NCBI GenBank assembly: GCA_028023455.1
Contig: JAQFVV010000007.1
Coordinates: 10,664,001-10,728,000, forward strand
Reading direction: 5' to 3'
Length of the DNA stretch: 64,000 nucleotides
From: Epiperipatus broadwayi
Taxonomy: Eukaryota > Animalia > Onychophora
A program made the translations under genes and the position numbers. Below, piece by piece: positions 36,431 through 50,181 of the stretch (position 1 is its first letter; every line of letters begins with the position of its first letter). Below the pieces are notes generated by a model. It ran no database searches and was not told the origin of the DNA. It saw only the letters and a program-made list of their open reading frames with translations.

Positions 36431-39284
36431 GCTGATAATCCAGATGTGTTAGTGTCTTAAAACATTTGTAGTAAATAGCAAAATTATGTTGCTATATTAT
36501 TCAGAGGAGGTGCTTTAGAAAATTTGGAGAGAAAACCAATCATCTTTTCACTGTGTATTTTTGATGTTCTAAAATATGTTGGCAAGAACATAGAAGTAAT
36601 TGGTAAGTTTTTGCAATTGGATTTTATGAGATTGAATATTTGTTCATAGGAGTTCATTTTAGTTGGATTTAGCATATGAATAAGATAAAAAATATACATT
36701 ATGATAAATATGAGTGTGATTTTCATAACAATGGCAACTTATGTGTTTGATATATGGAATATTTTAATGGCATGTTAAAGAAATGTTTTATAAATTATTT
36801 TCAAATGATAAATAAGATTGGGAATAGAAGATAAAAGCGAACTACTATTAAAAAAGACTTTCAGAAAAAGTTAAAATACAGCATTGCATGATTTCAAAGA
36901 AAATCAGCATGTAGCAGATAATTGTTAGGTTTTAAACTAAAGCTTCTAATACTTACCTTTAGCAGAATACCTATAAACTATATCAAATATCCTACTACCT
37001 TCTGGAAACTCATCAATTACAGTCTTGTTTTAAATGTATACAAAATACCTATTGAAAATCAATTACACATCACATGATAAAATAATAATTTGATGCTGAA
37101 AATATGTATTGCTTTGGGAATAATGTTATTAAGAGTTATTTTAATATTAGAAGTTTTTTTTTTGTATTGTTTCTCTCATTCTATCTTCTTTTTTTTTATC
37201 TTACTGCATTCAATTGTTTAGAATATGATCATCATATTTTATTATGCCCTCAGTTATTTCTCTATAACAACTATGGCAATGAATCTGTGGATTTGTGTCT
37301 CTATATTTCTATTCTTTACTTACATGCATTGCAATTCTGCTGTAATATCTTTCTCTCATTCTCTGTCTCTATCCTATCATATGTTCTCTCTCTCCATCTT
37401 TCAGTCTCTTTCTATTCTGCAATTAGAATAATCACACCATTTAAGAATGTTAATGGTAATAATTTATGTTTCATAGATTGATATAGTCATTTATCATGTA
37501 TAATTTTCTGTCTCCTTTCTTTTGTTTGGAGTTAAGAATGACCGCAATCATTTATAACAATAATCGAAAGGTTGGGAGTTCTTAAGTTCGAGCGCCGGTA
37601 GCGCCACAATTGGAGTCAATCCTAGAATCATGCTTTCCATAATCGAAGACTCTACTAGTGCAACAATCCACGAAGGGCGTGATCGTTTATGAGTATTTGA
37701 TAATGATAAGTGATGGTGATATATATATGCCAATCACGTGCTTTAAAGAAAAGATTATTTTTACAATAAGTAAAATAATAAAATACTAAATTGAAAAACT
37801 TTAACGGAAAAGATTAAAAAAAAAACTTCGAAGTTAATGATTAATCTTCAGAGAGGAAAAAAATCGCAGTTATCTGAGGAATTTAAACTGTTATCTTTTC
37901 TAAAAACTGCTGTTTCCAAATTTCTCACGGAAGTTTTATGAGTTTAGTAAAGGAGAGCTTTTTGCACATAAACTCTTCAGCCGGATAAACCGTAATCTTA
38001 CATCTTTTAAATTGAAGACAACTTTTGAGAACTATTTGAAAATCAAATCACAACTGTAGTTTTTCTAGCAGAATTAATAAGATCAAAACTAAGAAAGAGT
38101 TTTGAGAAGTGAATTTTCCTAAATAGTTCAATGATTTCATACACACAAAAAGTTCCTGTTGATTCTTACTAAACTTTATCCTGAGTGGACTTAACAAATA
38201 GTGAAAAAAAAAATATAAATCTAATAATAATTTATTAATTTTTTTACAAACGAAATTTTCTCCTTATTATTACTATCCTAATTTTGGAAATACTAAAGAT
38301 ATAACGAATTAACAAAGAATAGGCTTATTGTATTCCTCATCTCAAAGTAGTGACGGATTCTGGAGTTTAAAATCCATGGACCACGGTCAGCTCTGTTGCT
38401 TCCTGTACTAGTTCAAACCTCTTATGGAATACCTGAGCAAGAAATTTTTCAAATACTTTTATTAATTGCTTTATCAGCTCTTAATATAATTCATTCTAGT
38501 AAAAAAGATAAACTTTAAAACTGGGAGATTTAATTACTCGTGGAAGACAGTTTTTAAGAAATGTCGCCTATACTCTCAAAGCATTGTTTACAAAATTAAC
38601 ACATATTAGACTAAGAAGTGACAAATATTACCATGCATCTCAGGTATATAAAAGACTTAGTAGAGATTGTCATGTAGTTTTTAATAGGGAGATTATGTAA
38701 TGCCAACTGCAAGTAAAAATAATGATTTCTATCACATGGTTATAATATTCTACAATCTTTAGGTGGAGAACAAAACTTGCCAAATACATAGATTTATGAG
38801 AAAAATAAATATATCTTTATCTCTATGTTCTTTTTATATTATAAATCTCATAATAACGTGATGGCAAACTTTTTATGTATTTATAAATGAAAATAAAATT
38901 TAAATTTTACCCACATCAGTATAAAAACCAAGTGGAATTAATGCTCAGAAGCTTATAAGAAGTTAAAGAATCAAAAATGTCAGGTGGAAACAATCTAAGA
39001 ACTTTACATCTGGCATCCTACCACAGAATTAAATCTTGCAGAACAGAGAATATTATAAATGGTGCTAAATAAAAACATACACTGGCTACATTTTTATGAC
39101 AATCATATTCAGGACAGTTTTTTATGTATCTTTCTGAAGCACATATGATTTCATAAAAAAATGTATCAAAATGTAAAATAAATGATATATCTATATAGTG
39201 TGTCCCAATAAAAAAAGGTGACCTCCGAGCTGTAATCCCTAAATTAATGCACATGTTAAATGAAATGACAAAGGAAAAATGATT

Positions 39285-39841
39285 AATACAATGAACCATG
39301 GAGAGTGAAAGAACTAACTGTGGTAAAAGGAAAGACAGCTGTGAAAATAAAAATGTAATAGAAATAATTTGTATTTAATAAGCTTTTGATTTTTTTGATA
39401 TTATAAGGTTGGTATGATCAATTTTACATTATTTGTATATGTTCTAGTTGTATTCGGTTAAAAATATGGATTTATTAAGTTTAATAATGTTTAACTAGGA
39501 AGCCATATTTAATGACTCCAGAAAAGCAAAAGAGAAGTAAAGTTTAATTATAGAACTACATTAAAACATTTGTGAAAAAAAAATACCATTGTATATATAA
39601 AGAGTAAATGTATAAAAGTGATTAAATGAAATAATAAAAGAAAAATTGCTTAATACAATGGATAATGAACGAACTAATTGTGGTAAAATGAAAGACAGCT
39701 GTGCAAATAAAAATGTGGTGGAAATAATTTATATTTAATAAGCTTTTAGTTTTTCAAAATTATAAGATTGGTATGATCAATTTTACATTATTTGTACATA
39801 TGCTTGATGTATTTGGTGAAAAATATTGGATTTTTAAAGTT
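39285..39841. repeat. Direct duplication (~190 bp, period ~365 bp) with a related copy at 40855-41125
   Basis: gaactaa.tgtggtaaaa.gaaagacagctgtg.aaataaaaatgt..ggtatgatcaattttacattatttgta occurs twice; the intervening ggaagccatat.taatgactccagaaaa recurs at 40855. Confidence 0.85.
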
Positions 39842-41404
39842 AAACCCTTTAATCAATAATTATATTTTTTAAAAACATTTGTGCCATCTCTTGACCATTT
39901 TTGGTCACATATTTTTCAATTTACACTTATTTTATCATAAATTCATAGTGTAATCTGAATTAAAAATTTTAGTTCCAAAAAAAATTACATTTGGCAGTAT
40001 TTTTTATAAAAAAAATCAATATTTCTTAGCCGTCTATTGTTATATTGACCTGCCTTTTTGACCTAATAAGGCACTGCTAATCTGTCAGCTTTGGTCATTG
40101 TTCTTTAGGCATTTCTAATTGTCAAAGTCAGAAATCAAAACAAGATGTTTTATACTTTCATAATAGATTCTGGTTGTAAATAAATACATTTCCTGTAATT
40201 TTTTAAATTCTTAATTAAGATTTTACATTAATTTATCGGAATATAAAGTTTGATTTGAAAAATTTTAAATTTTACAAGAAAAATAATCATGGGAAAGTGA
40301 ACAATGCTTAACCACTATTCAAGACAAGTAAATGACACTTGATCACTATTTGCATATCAATAACATTCAGCAAAACCTAACACAACAGCAATTTTTTCAT
40401 AAATATTTATGTATTTTCTGATTATTTTTTACACTATATTGTCTAATAATGTAGCTAGATTAATATTTTGATTTAAAATATTTAATTTTAGATGAAGAAA
40501 AAAAAACAGAAGTGAATGTAATTTCTAAGACATGCGAAGTCAATGGTGATTTCATGTTGTAATTGGTTGAAATATAATTCTTTTGTTTTACTGAAGGCTA
40601 ATTTTCTTACATTTTTCTTATAATTTTCTTCAGTTATTAATGTTATTTAAATTTTTTTATTATATTTAACTGATTTGAATGTAAAATAATTCAATTTTTA
40701 GAACTAGATTATAATAATTCTGATTATTATATATAAATATACTTATGAATACAAGTGGTCTAGACATATTGACAAATAAAATCAGTCAAACTTTTAATTT
40801 GCTTGGCCAGTAAGGAAATTTGACATCTAAGGGGTTTCAATAATGTACAAGATAGGAAGCCATATATAATGACTCCAGAAAAACAGAAGAAAAGTAAAAT
40901 TAATTATAGAAATGTTATTTTAAGTAGAGAGCAGGGAGAGTAGATTGCTTAAAGATAAAATAAATGTGAATGATAATTAAACTAGCAAATGTATGTTACA
41001 TTAAAAATGTGTGTTACATTAAATATTTGTGAAAAAGATAATATTGTATATATGAAGAGAAAATATGTAAAACTGATTAAATAAAATGATAAGGAAAATT
41101 TCTTAATACAATGGAGAGTGAACAAACTAGATTTAGGAATAATATTGACTAAATTAGAACATAGTTAATGATGAATATTAGTGAGAATTGAAAATAATAA
41201 TCAGTGAAAGAGAAGATTTTATTGGTCTTGTGTAAATACTTAAAATGTTAACTGGCCATAATATATATGGTTTATGTTGTTTAAAGGTTAATAAATGTTA
41301 ATTAATTATTACTATCATTAATTTTTCTTGATTTGTTTTTTCTTTTTTTTAACTTGTTGGTATTCATATAAATTTATTTTAAAATACACAACAGTGATTG
41401 GGCA

Positions 41405-41600
41405 TATGATCAAGCATAATTGTATAAACTTTGTGCTCTAATCTTTTAATTATTGATGTAAATTGTGATTTTGTAATGATAGGCCATGATTGTGACTTTG
41501 TGTGTTTTAATCACATGATTAGATCTAGTATAATTGTATGAAATTTGCATTTTAATTTTTTAATTATTGATGTAAATTGCAATTTTGTAATGAATGATCA
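41405..41600. repeat. Two-copy tandem repeat (~113-bp period)
   Basis: ataattgtat..ttttaattattgatgtaaattg..attttgtaatga occurs twice. Confidence 0.8.
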
Positions 41601-44034
41601 TATTGAGACCACATGTAGATTAATTGATGTGATTTATGGCTTGGATGTGTCAATGGTGATTTCAGGCTGTTCTTAGAATTCAAAATGGCTGAGAGTGAAT
41701 ACTAAATCAGTACCAATTTTTAAATATGATACCTATTGGCTTTAATTTTTTTCATTCAAAAAACACTTTAAATAAGTAGTTCTATTAAAATTACCAAAAA
41801 AAAGTTAATTTTGAGAAGTACTTTCTGATATCAATTTGACTGCCAGAAAAAAAAAAGTATTTCTCTTTATTATCTCTGCAGTATCACAGTTTTAAAAACA
41901 ACAAGTAATAATAATCATTACTTTTACAACATTAACTTGTTATAAAGATGATTCTTAGATTAATGCAGTGGTGGAGGGATAGACTCTATTGTGACTCCAT
42001 GTCATCACTTTTGATCCTCAATTTTTTTACAAACTCTCAAACAATAAATAATTCAATTATCATAATGGATGAATTACCTGATGTTCAATGAGTCAGATGT
42101 TTTGGAATATGAATTTATATTTATTCAATCTAGTGATATAATGTATTGCCATAAATATATATTTTCTTAAATAACAATGGTGGCCTTTATTAAAAATTCA
42201 CTAAAATTATTTAACAGTAATTAATGATTTATTATTTTATTTTTCATATCTTTTTTGATAGGGTTTCTGGGAAAAGATTAAACTTTTATTTATTTGATAA
42301 ACAATTTTGTTGGAAAGTTAATTAAATATTAACAAAATATCATAAATGAACTTGTAGAAATTCCTACAAGGGAAATAGAATCTCTAGTGTTCTTATTAAT
42401 ATCTTTAATTCTCCATGACAACTATAGATTGGAGTGGTTAATTTTTACTTATTGTCATATCTCACCTTGCCTTCAAATAATGAACTAATCCAGATTCCAT
42501 CTTATCTAGATCAAATTGAGCATTCATTGCTATGAACGTATGTGTATACAGATAGATGACACATCCAATGGCAAGAATGAACCAATATGTGATGATGCTC
42601 CCTAAATCCGAATGTTTCCATTAGAGATGAAGATCCAGAAATAAATAGTGTCTTTTTGAAGGTAGGACCAAAGAACTACCATCACAAAGCTGAAAGTCAG
42701 TATTTACTTTCTCCAAAAACATTCATAGAAAACTACTGACACACAACTGAAAGACAGAATCTCATCTTCTGGACAATAGAAGTTAAGCTAAAGTGTTGAG
42801 ACAGTGGGGCAAGTTTATGTTTAGGACTGAAAACTGCTAGAATTAAACATTAGCATGAGGCAAGATGTCAAGAACAGCCAGAAATATCACTGGATCTACT
42901 AACAAAGCAGGCAGTCAAGATAAAGCTGGAAATGGTAGGAAACTTATAAGGCCAATTGCCATCCCTTTTTCTGTAATTTGTCTTAAAACTAGGACAAATG
43001 GTATCAGGCAAAGTATAAGCTTTGTAATATATTGTAAATATGAAAGTCTATAATCGTTTTCATGTTAGTTAATAAATGTAATATTAGAAACATATTTACA
43101 CATGTTTCTGTTTATATATTCACATATAAACCTTACTGTTCGGGATAATGTTGTACCCATAGGTTGTTTTGAATCAATTAGTGAATTTCCAGAAATGTCT
43201 AGATAAAATCCTGTTGTACAATCTAGAAAAAATAAATTTGTTTAGAATCTCATAAAAAGTCCATCTTTTTTAAATGTCAATTTTTCAGTTTTATAAATTC
43301 TTCATTGAACATTCAAAAAGAAGATCTTGATTTGAAATGAGCAAGACTATATCCTGAGTTAGTGGAAATCTATTTGGTTTAACAACTTTTAAAATATTTG
43401 ATTCTTTTTTAGATATATATCTCTGCATATTGAATTGATTATGCATTATCCATTTTTCATAGTATCATCAGAATGCCTTCAGCAATTTCTGCTTTTCTTA
43501 TAATAATACAAAAAATCACTGTTAGACAAGTTCAATAACCTCATAAAGATAAAATGAGAATGAAGAGTGCATTACTTTGAGGGTTGTTGACTTCCAGGTA
43601 GTGAGAAATTTAGTGTTTTTTCATCTCCATGTACAATTGCATGAAGAATATCCATTCCATATCTGTATTGATAGCATAATGTTTTTTCACCATACCACTC
43701 TGATATAATGTTGGAATTGGTTTCTATCCATTTTTAGCCCTTTGTAGAAAGATGGTAGAAGATAGTCTGAATTTGTGAATTGGTGGGTTATGATATGATG
43801 AGTAGAGGTGAGAAAAGCACTGATAAAAATTCAATACTCGAAATACATTTACAGTTCAATGATTGTTCATTCTTTCAAAAAATGTTAAATGTGGGGGAAA
43901 ATATGATGAATATTATTGAGCTATCAATATGTGCATGGAGATTCAAGTCTTTGCCCTTTAAACCATTACAACTTTAGTTGACTACCATCCTTGCACAAAC
44001 CATTAAAATAGTAGCAATTCTCTTCATACAATAG

Positions 44035-44200
44035 TGCCAGCTGCTGTAAGCTATAATAAACAGGGATGCTAGGATATTATTGCATCAAATTCCTATGTAG
44101 TGCATACTTATCCAATATCCTCAGACTAGTTTCTAACTTAAGGCTGTCATTAGTGAGGAGACTAGGATCTGAGAGTAATGCACTGCACCTTAGATAGCAT
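44035..44200 (-). mobile_element. Single arm plus centre of family-2 hammerhead element
   Basis: Aligns to 25970-26105; minus strand 44118-44159 reads TCCTCA CTAATGA C AGC-CTTAA-GTT A GAAAC TA GTC TGAGGA (perfect 6-bp helix I, G5A core change). Confidence 0.8.
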
Positions 44201-45295
44201 TACTGTATGGAAAGAATTGCTATTATTTGTCTTTGATTCTTCTAGCTCATTGAAAAAGTGAAAGTTGTTTAGCGTTATTTGTGTTTTTGCACTGGTAGAT
44301 GTGATAGAACTGAGATAAACGTGACTGAAATAATTGAAAACCAGATGAATCAGTTTATGATTATTTGGTCACCCACAGTATGAAATAATTAGATGTTGTA
44401 ATTGATACAACTATGATTAACTGGCACCAATATTATATCCAATGGCTGGTACTCAAAATAAGTATTAGAAATATAAAAAAAGGTAACGCAAAATAGAAGT
44501 AAGATAATAAAGATATAAAAAAGTTAAAGGAGTATCTTATGGTGTTTGAGGAGGTTAAATAAGATTTATTGTAGATATGAATGTAAGAAAAGAGAAATAA
44601 TTATTAATAAAGTACAAATTTGGCAAACCTGGGTTTAATTCAATAAATAAACTATCAATTTCTTCTTTTCTTGAGAATTTTTCTTTCTACCTTTAGTCTC
44701 AGTATCACACATTGAAAAATATTATTAAATATCTTTTTAAAATGTGTTTTCTATAACATATTAACTATAAATTAATAAAAATAATTTATATATCTAAACG
44801 AAAAAAAAAATCTTCAAAACATAATTATTATTCCATTAAGAAAAACAATCTACTTTGATGTGGTTATCAAAGCAGAAAAAAATTAAAGTGATTATCTAAT
44901 TCAGAGAAAACAAACAGTTCTAATTTAATATGGAATCCATTTCTTTCTAATAAAATTAATTAATCTTGAAACAAACCGCCATCCTAATACATGTAGTTTA
45001 AAATAAAGTGTAATAAGGGGGGGGGGGGTAAAATGAAGCATATCAGTAAGCAAAAGACATGAAAAATACAACTATTCAAAAAATATATATATATATACAA
45101 AGAAATATGCATTAAAGAAAAGTCTTTAGCTAACTTATTATTCAAATCAGTTAATAGTTATAAATGGACTTTTAATGTAAATAAATATCATATATGTATA
45201 TATCTTAATAAAAGTAAAAGTTTGTGAGGTGCGAAATTATGATCCCCATACGTCCTTATTGAGAAACTGGAAAATACCAATTGTCTTAAAAGTTT

Positions 45296-45733
45296 AACTT
45301 TATTTAAATATTCCAAATACATTCAACTGTTAGTAATAGCACATCAAACAGTTAGTATATGCACGACGTTTCGAGAGGTATTATTCTCCCTCTTCTTCAG
45401 GTGTTGCTGGTCTGTGACTGTACTAGCATGAGATTCGAACCTGTACCCTTAAATTCTTGAGTATTGAATTTGAAAGTAATGCAAGGCATGAGATTCGAAC
45501 CTGGACCCATAGATTCTCGAGTATTGAATTTTAAAGTTACATTTGCGTTATTTTAAAATTCAATACTCAAATAATTTAAGGATCCAGGATCGAATCTCAT
45601 GCTAGTACTATCCCTGGTCAGGCCAGCAACACTTGAAGAAGAGGGGAGAATAATACCTCTCGAGACGTTGTGCATAACTGTTTTATGTGCTATTATTAAC
45701 AGTTGAATGTATTTGGAATATTTAAATAAAGTT
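45296..45733. mobile_element. Best-preserved fold-back copy of tRNA-head/hammerhead-tail family
   Basis: ~190-bp inverted arms joined at gttac-atttgc-gttat (~45536-45551); B-box-like GGTTCGAATC in each arm (tandemly duplicated in the left arm); hammerhead and AATAAA toward each tip; possible aaaagtt direct repeat at 45288 and 45736. Confidence 0.85.
45362..45403 (-). ncRNA. Minimal type I hammerhead ribozyme, core intact
   Basis: CAC CTGAAGA A GAGGG-AGAATAATAC-CTCTC GAAAC GTC GTG; palindromic ACGT in place of helix III; helix I only 3 bp in this copy. Confidence 0.7.
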
Positions 45734-47487
45734 TCAAAAGTTGTTTCTTCTTACTGGAAGTAATATGAAGGAGAGTGTAAAATATTTCATATGAAGAAAA
45801 AAGATAATGATCAGATGGTAAATTTCCCAATCTGATGCAGCAAAAGAAACTGAAAATATCATAATTATAAAAGGTAGTTAGTTGGATAAGGTTAGCAGAA
45901 AGAGAAAGATGGACATTTAAGAACGTCACGCAATGAATAATAATAAAAAACAGTTTGTTTTTTAAGATGTCTATGTGATGTTCAAACATTAGAACTGACA
46001 AATTGAGCTACAATCCAAAAACATTTAGTTTTTGACTCTTTTCTACCACTGTTGTGCAAGAGAATCTTCCAAATGAGAGTAAAAGCATTTGTTAAAAATC
46101 TTTTTCTTAATCAACTGAATAATTATTATGTTTATATCAGTTACATGGAAAGAATTCATTTTTTTGATTCATATAAATTCCACATATTCGTACTGTTCAG
46201 AAATTTTATAAAAAATTCATATATAAATAAATGGAATAATCACAAAGCTGTTGATTCCATTCATTCAGTGCACAGAAATAATGATCTATATGTTTAATGT
46301 GATTAAAAGATCATTCTTATATATATATTAATTTTAATATTCTCATGGATAAATGATGAATTCGTAGTATTATTTTCAGAAGTTTCCGTATAGTAAAAAT
46401 ATATAATAGCTAAATAACTGATGGTACAGTACAATAACAAGTACTTTCCTCAGAGCTTCTTTCTCAAATCATAATATATGTGCATGGGTATCTATGTGTG
46501 TACATAAGATAAATATTGCGTAACTCCATTTGAAATAGCATCATCTGCTCTCAAATTAAAGCTGGATAAATTTGAAATTTTTTTCAGATTTCAAGCAGGA
46601 TTAACATTTTTTCATTTATCTATCCAACTAGTGGTCACTTAATAAATATCTAAATATTGTTTTTTAACATATCCATTTACTATCAAGTGAAGAATGTATG
46701 ATATCCCTAGCTCATTTTATGGGCGATGTGAGTACATGATATATATATATAGTAAGAAAGGATCATCTGAATTCTGTCACTCATGAATGGTTGTGATCTG
46801 GAGGGGTTGAGATGACAGAAGCACTAAATATAATTTATGTTAAAATTTTATAAGTAGAAAAAAAGCATCCTATGAAATAAAATTATATAATCATTAAATA
46901 ATTAACAAATAAAAAAAATAAGAAAACATTAGAAAAAAAAAGCCCAAATGAAACCTATAAATAATTTATGTTTTAATAATATTTCTTTAAAAATAATATA
47001 TTTATTGTAGGAAGAGCTGCAATGATCTATTTTGATTTTCTAAGCAAGACAACTATCTGGTTTCTCTTCCAGCGTCAGCAAATGGCTATAACTAATTGGC
47101 TTAAAATAGAATGAGTGTATAAGTGATGCATGCTTACAGATAAAATAAATTTTAATTGCAAAATGATTGCAAGAGAAATTCATGTGAATATAATGTGATA
47201 ACATTGTGTATAACTAACTACCTTCTTATAATTATGTCTCCGATTGTATTATCAGTTGCTTTGGATGTCAGGTGATATTTGAATTACAAATTGATAGACA
47301 GAGTACAAAAATTTATTCACTTGATTAAACTTTTCAGTCCTAACATTTTGAATATTGTATTAGTTAAAGTTATTATGTCATTTATTTATTTATATGCAGA
47401 TAAATAAATAATATTTGAATAATTTATCTATATATAAATGAATAGAATTATTTAAATTGAATATCTTAATTATTCTAAAAACGTTGC

Positions 47488-47590
47488 TTTTTTTTTCATG
47501 TGTCATAGCATTGCCTGGAAAACAAACCTGCTAATCCGGGACAACTGCTTGTAAGGCATCTGTGCTGACCACTCAACCACCAACCCTTGA
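47488..47590 (-). mobile_element. tRNA-Gly-derived short SINE, same subfamily as 7064-7169
   Basis: Minus strand tcaagggttggtggttgagtggtcagcacagatgccttacaagcagttgtcccggattagcaggtttgttttccaggcaatgctatgacacatg plus A9. Confidence 0.85.
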
Positions 47591-48088
47591 GTCATTTTTA
47601 TTAGCAATTGCAAGATTTTTTAGTTCTACAACTTTGGACAATCCACACAACCTGATGGTGCTGTTTCCATGCAAAAGCATATAAATATGCCATTTACAAG
47701 GCTGCTCATACATCTTACAGCCTGTAAACTGTTCAGAGACTTGATGTTAATGAAGTCAACACTTTGCCAACATCACTAGCATGTCAACATTACCATCAAC
47801 ATGTTATGACAGTCTGTATAGACATTAGTATTGAATAATCAACAGCATATCATCTGAGGGTGTCTGTAGTTGTAATGACAAAAAGTGTAGCAATATGCAA
47901 TCCAAACTTTTGAGTGGTAAACATAGTGTAATTTGGTGAGGTACTGCAAATTGTAACTATTTTGTGAATGTCACTACTTTCCTTGTTAGTTGGCCTAATT
48001 TAATAAATGAGGAGTGTAAATTATGATTCGGCAAACTTCACATGAAAGTCATGCACATTGCACAAACTTTGCAATCTCAAAAAAGTAA

Positions 48089-48310
48089 AATGGCAGAAAG
48101 AGACTTGCCATTCAAGTTGTTGGATTTGCCTGCTATAGAAGCAGATGCAGTGATCTTTCTTCAGGAAAAACAAAGTATTTTACCCCCAGAGAAAAACTGT
48201 GTTTGTGGTGGGGGTAATGACAATAAGGCAGTGTAAAAGATATGAAATGGAATGCGAGTCACATCAATGCCATTGAAGGTCTGATTGTAATGGGACCTGT
48301 TTTGGGTGAA
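48089..48310 (+). pseudogene. Possible Merlin/ISXO2-like transposase N-terminal remnant
   Basis: MAERDLPFKLLDLPAIEADAVIFLQEKQSILPPEKNC.C, then ECESHQC..GTCFG, resembles F.L.DLP..E.DAV.FLQ.KG.L...R.C..W.C...C..GTWF. Confidence 0.4.
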
Positions 48311-50181
48311 ATGTTCTTGTTTGTGTAGATATGAAATGGAAGTTTTCTTTAGTTAGTTTATTAAAACTTATACTTATTTTTCTAACAATGCTTTGTTTTT
48401 AGAAATGAAACACATAAGATAATTTTACATAAAACAAAAATTATAATTAAAAATATTATTACTACAATCACTTTTATATAATAAGGAAGATTATGGATTG
48501 ATTTCATATGTTAACTTTACAAATGTTTGTTAGTTTGATTGCTAAATGTTTTTGTATTTGCTACAAATGATTTTTTCTTTTTGCAACTTAGACACAACTG
48601 AATGCACTTTCAGTGAGTTCCACCAGAAACATAGCTCTCTTTCTACTTTAATTTCATTTTTAAACAATTCATTTATAAATAAGATAATATACATAGTTGT
48701 TTTTTGTTTTTAGAAAAATAAGACTTTATGATGGGTTTATATATATATCATACATCAATGTTTAACTTACATTGGTCTAAAGATAAATATCATTTAATAC
48801 AAATTTTTATATTTATTAATGTTCAAATTAATTATAAAGCTATAAACCACATATATCTATATTATAATAATTGGAGTAAGCCTGTAATAAATAATAACTA
48901 TTAACCTTTTAACTAAGCATGTTTTTAAGTTTTGTCTCAAAAATGAGATTTTTCTAGACATCTACATACTAAATAATTATATAATTGATGTTCTATTGTT
49001 TGAAATATTGGTACTTATGAAATAAATAATATTTTTTGTATAGAATGAATAATATAACATTTCAAAATAGGGGGGAAATGGAGATCAATAAAATATTTGG
49101 TTTAAACTGATTGCAAATATTATCATTCACATTATGAGGCTAGGACAACTTAATAAAATAATATAAACTAGCTTAAACAATAAAGATATTTATAAATTTT
49201 ATAGGTCACAGTATGTGTGAACTATATGCAGGATTTAGTTGTTTGATTTAAATAAGAAATCAGTTTATTGATTTAATAAATTTATGAAATATTTTATAGC
49301 CTAATATATATTAAGTTGTTTGAGGTGATATATTGTACACTGAAATGAAATAGTAAATAATTAGAAGGTATTATTTTGTGTGTAACTCTCCATACAGTAA
49401 TGTCACCCTGTGTAAGCCTTTGGTAGTGCTACATTATGGCGAGTTTGTTAGTATTTTAATAGCTTGTCTAAGCATAGGAAATGGTGATCATGTATTATGT
49501 AAAAGTGAAATAGTAAAATTGTAATTCTTATAATGAAAGGTAAGAAAGAGAAAATTTTTAATTTATTTCAGTTTATTATTTGACATGAAAATGAGTGTGT
49601 AGTTTAATAAAAAAAAAGTACAATGTTTTATGACTTTTCTTCAGATCTGCCTTTTAGAGGAGATTTAATAAAATAATCTAAGTTTTGTTTGTGATAAACT
49701 TGAAAGTAAATTCAGATATTTTATTGAAAATTATATAGAAGTATATTTAGATAGTCTAGACCCCTTTACCAAAAACTTTTACAATTGTTGATCCCCTAGT
49801 CATTTACTTTACTTACTCAAATTAATAAATTTGTATAATACTCGATATTAAATATTTCACTAGATATCAAACTTTTTATTTTAATCACTTGTAATTAATG
49901 ATAGAAAAACATAAAATGACTACAGAATGTGATCTTATCTTGTGCAACATTTAATATCAAACCTGCGCTAATGAAAGATAAAGCAAAAAAAAAAAAATAT
50001 GAGCAGAGTTTTTTTATTAATTAAATCAAAATAAGTACAAATATTGAAATCACTTTATTAAACATAAAAATGAAGTGAAAATACCAACATATTCAGACAG
50101 AATTAAACATCAACAAATAAAAAAGTTTAATCAGAATTATAAAAATAAGAATACCGTATAAATTAGCTTGGAAAACTGAAT

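Noticed and set aside
42570-43050. GC-richer island with a DSGAS (retropepsin-like) string
   Set aside because: A single short motif amid many stops, with no supporting gag/RT/integrase motifs.
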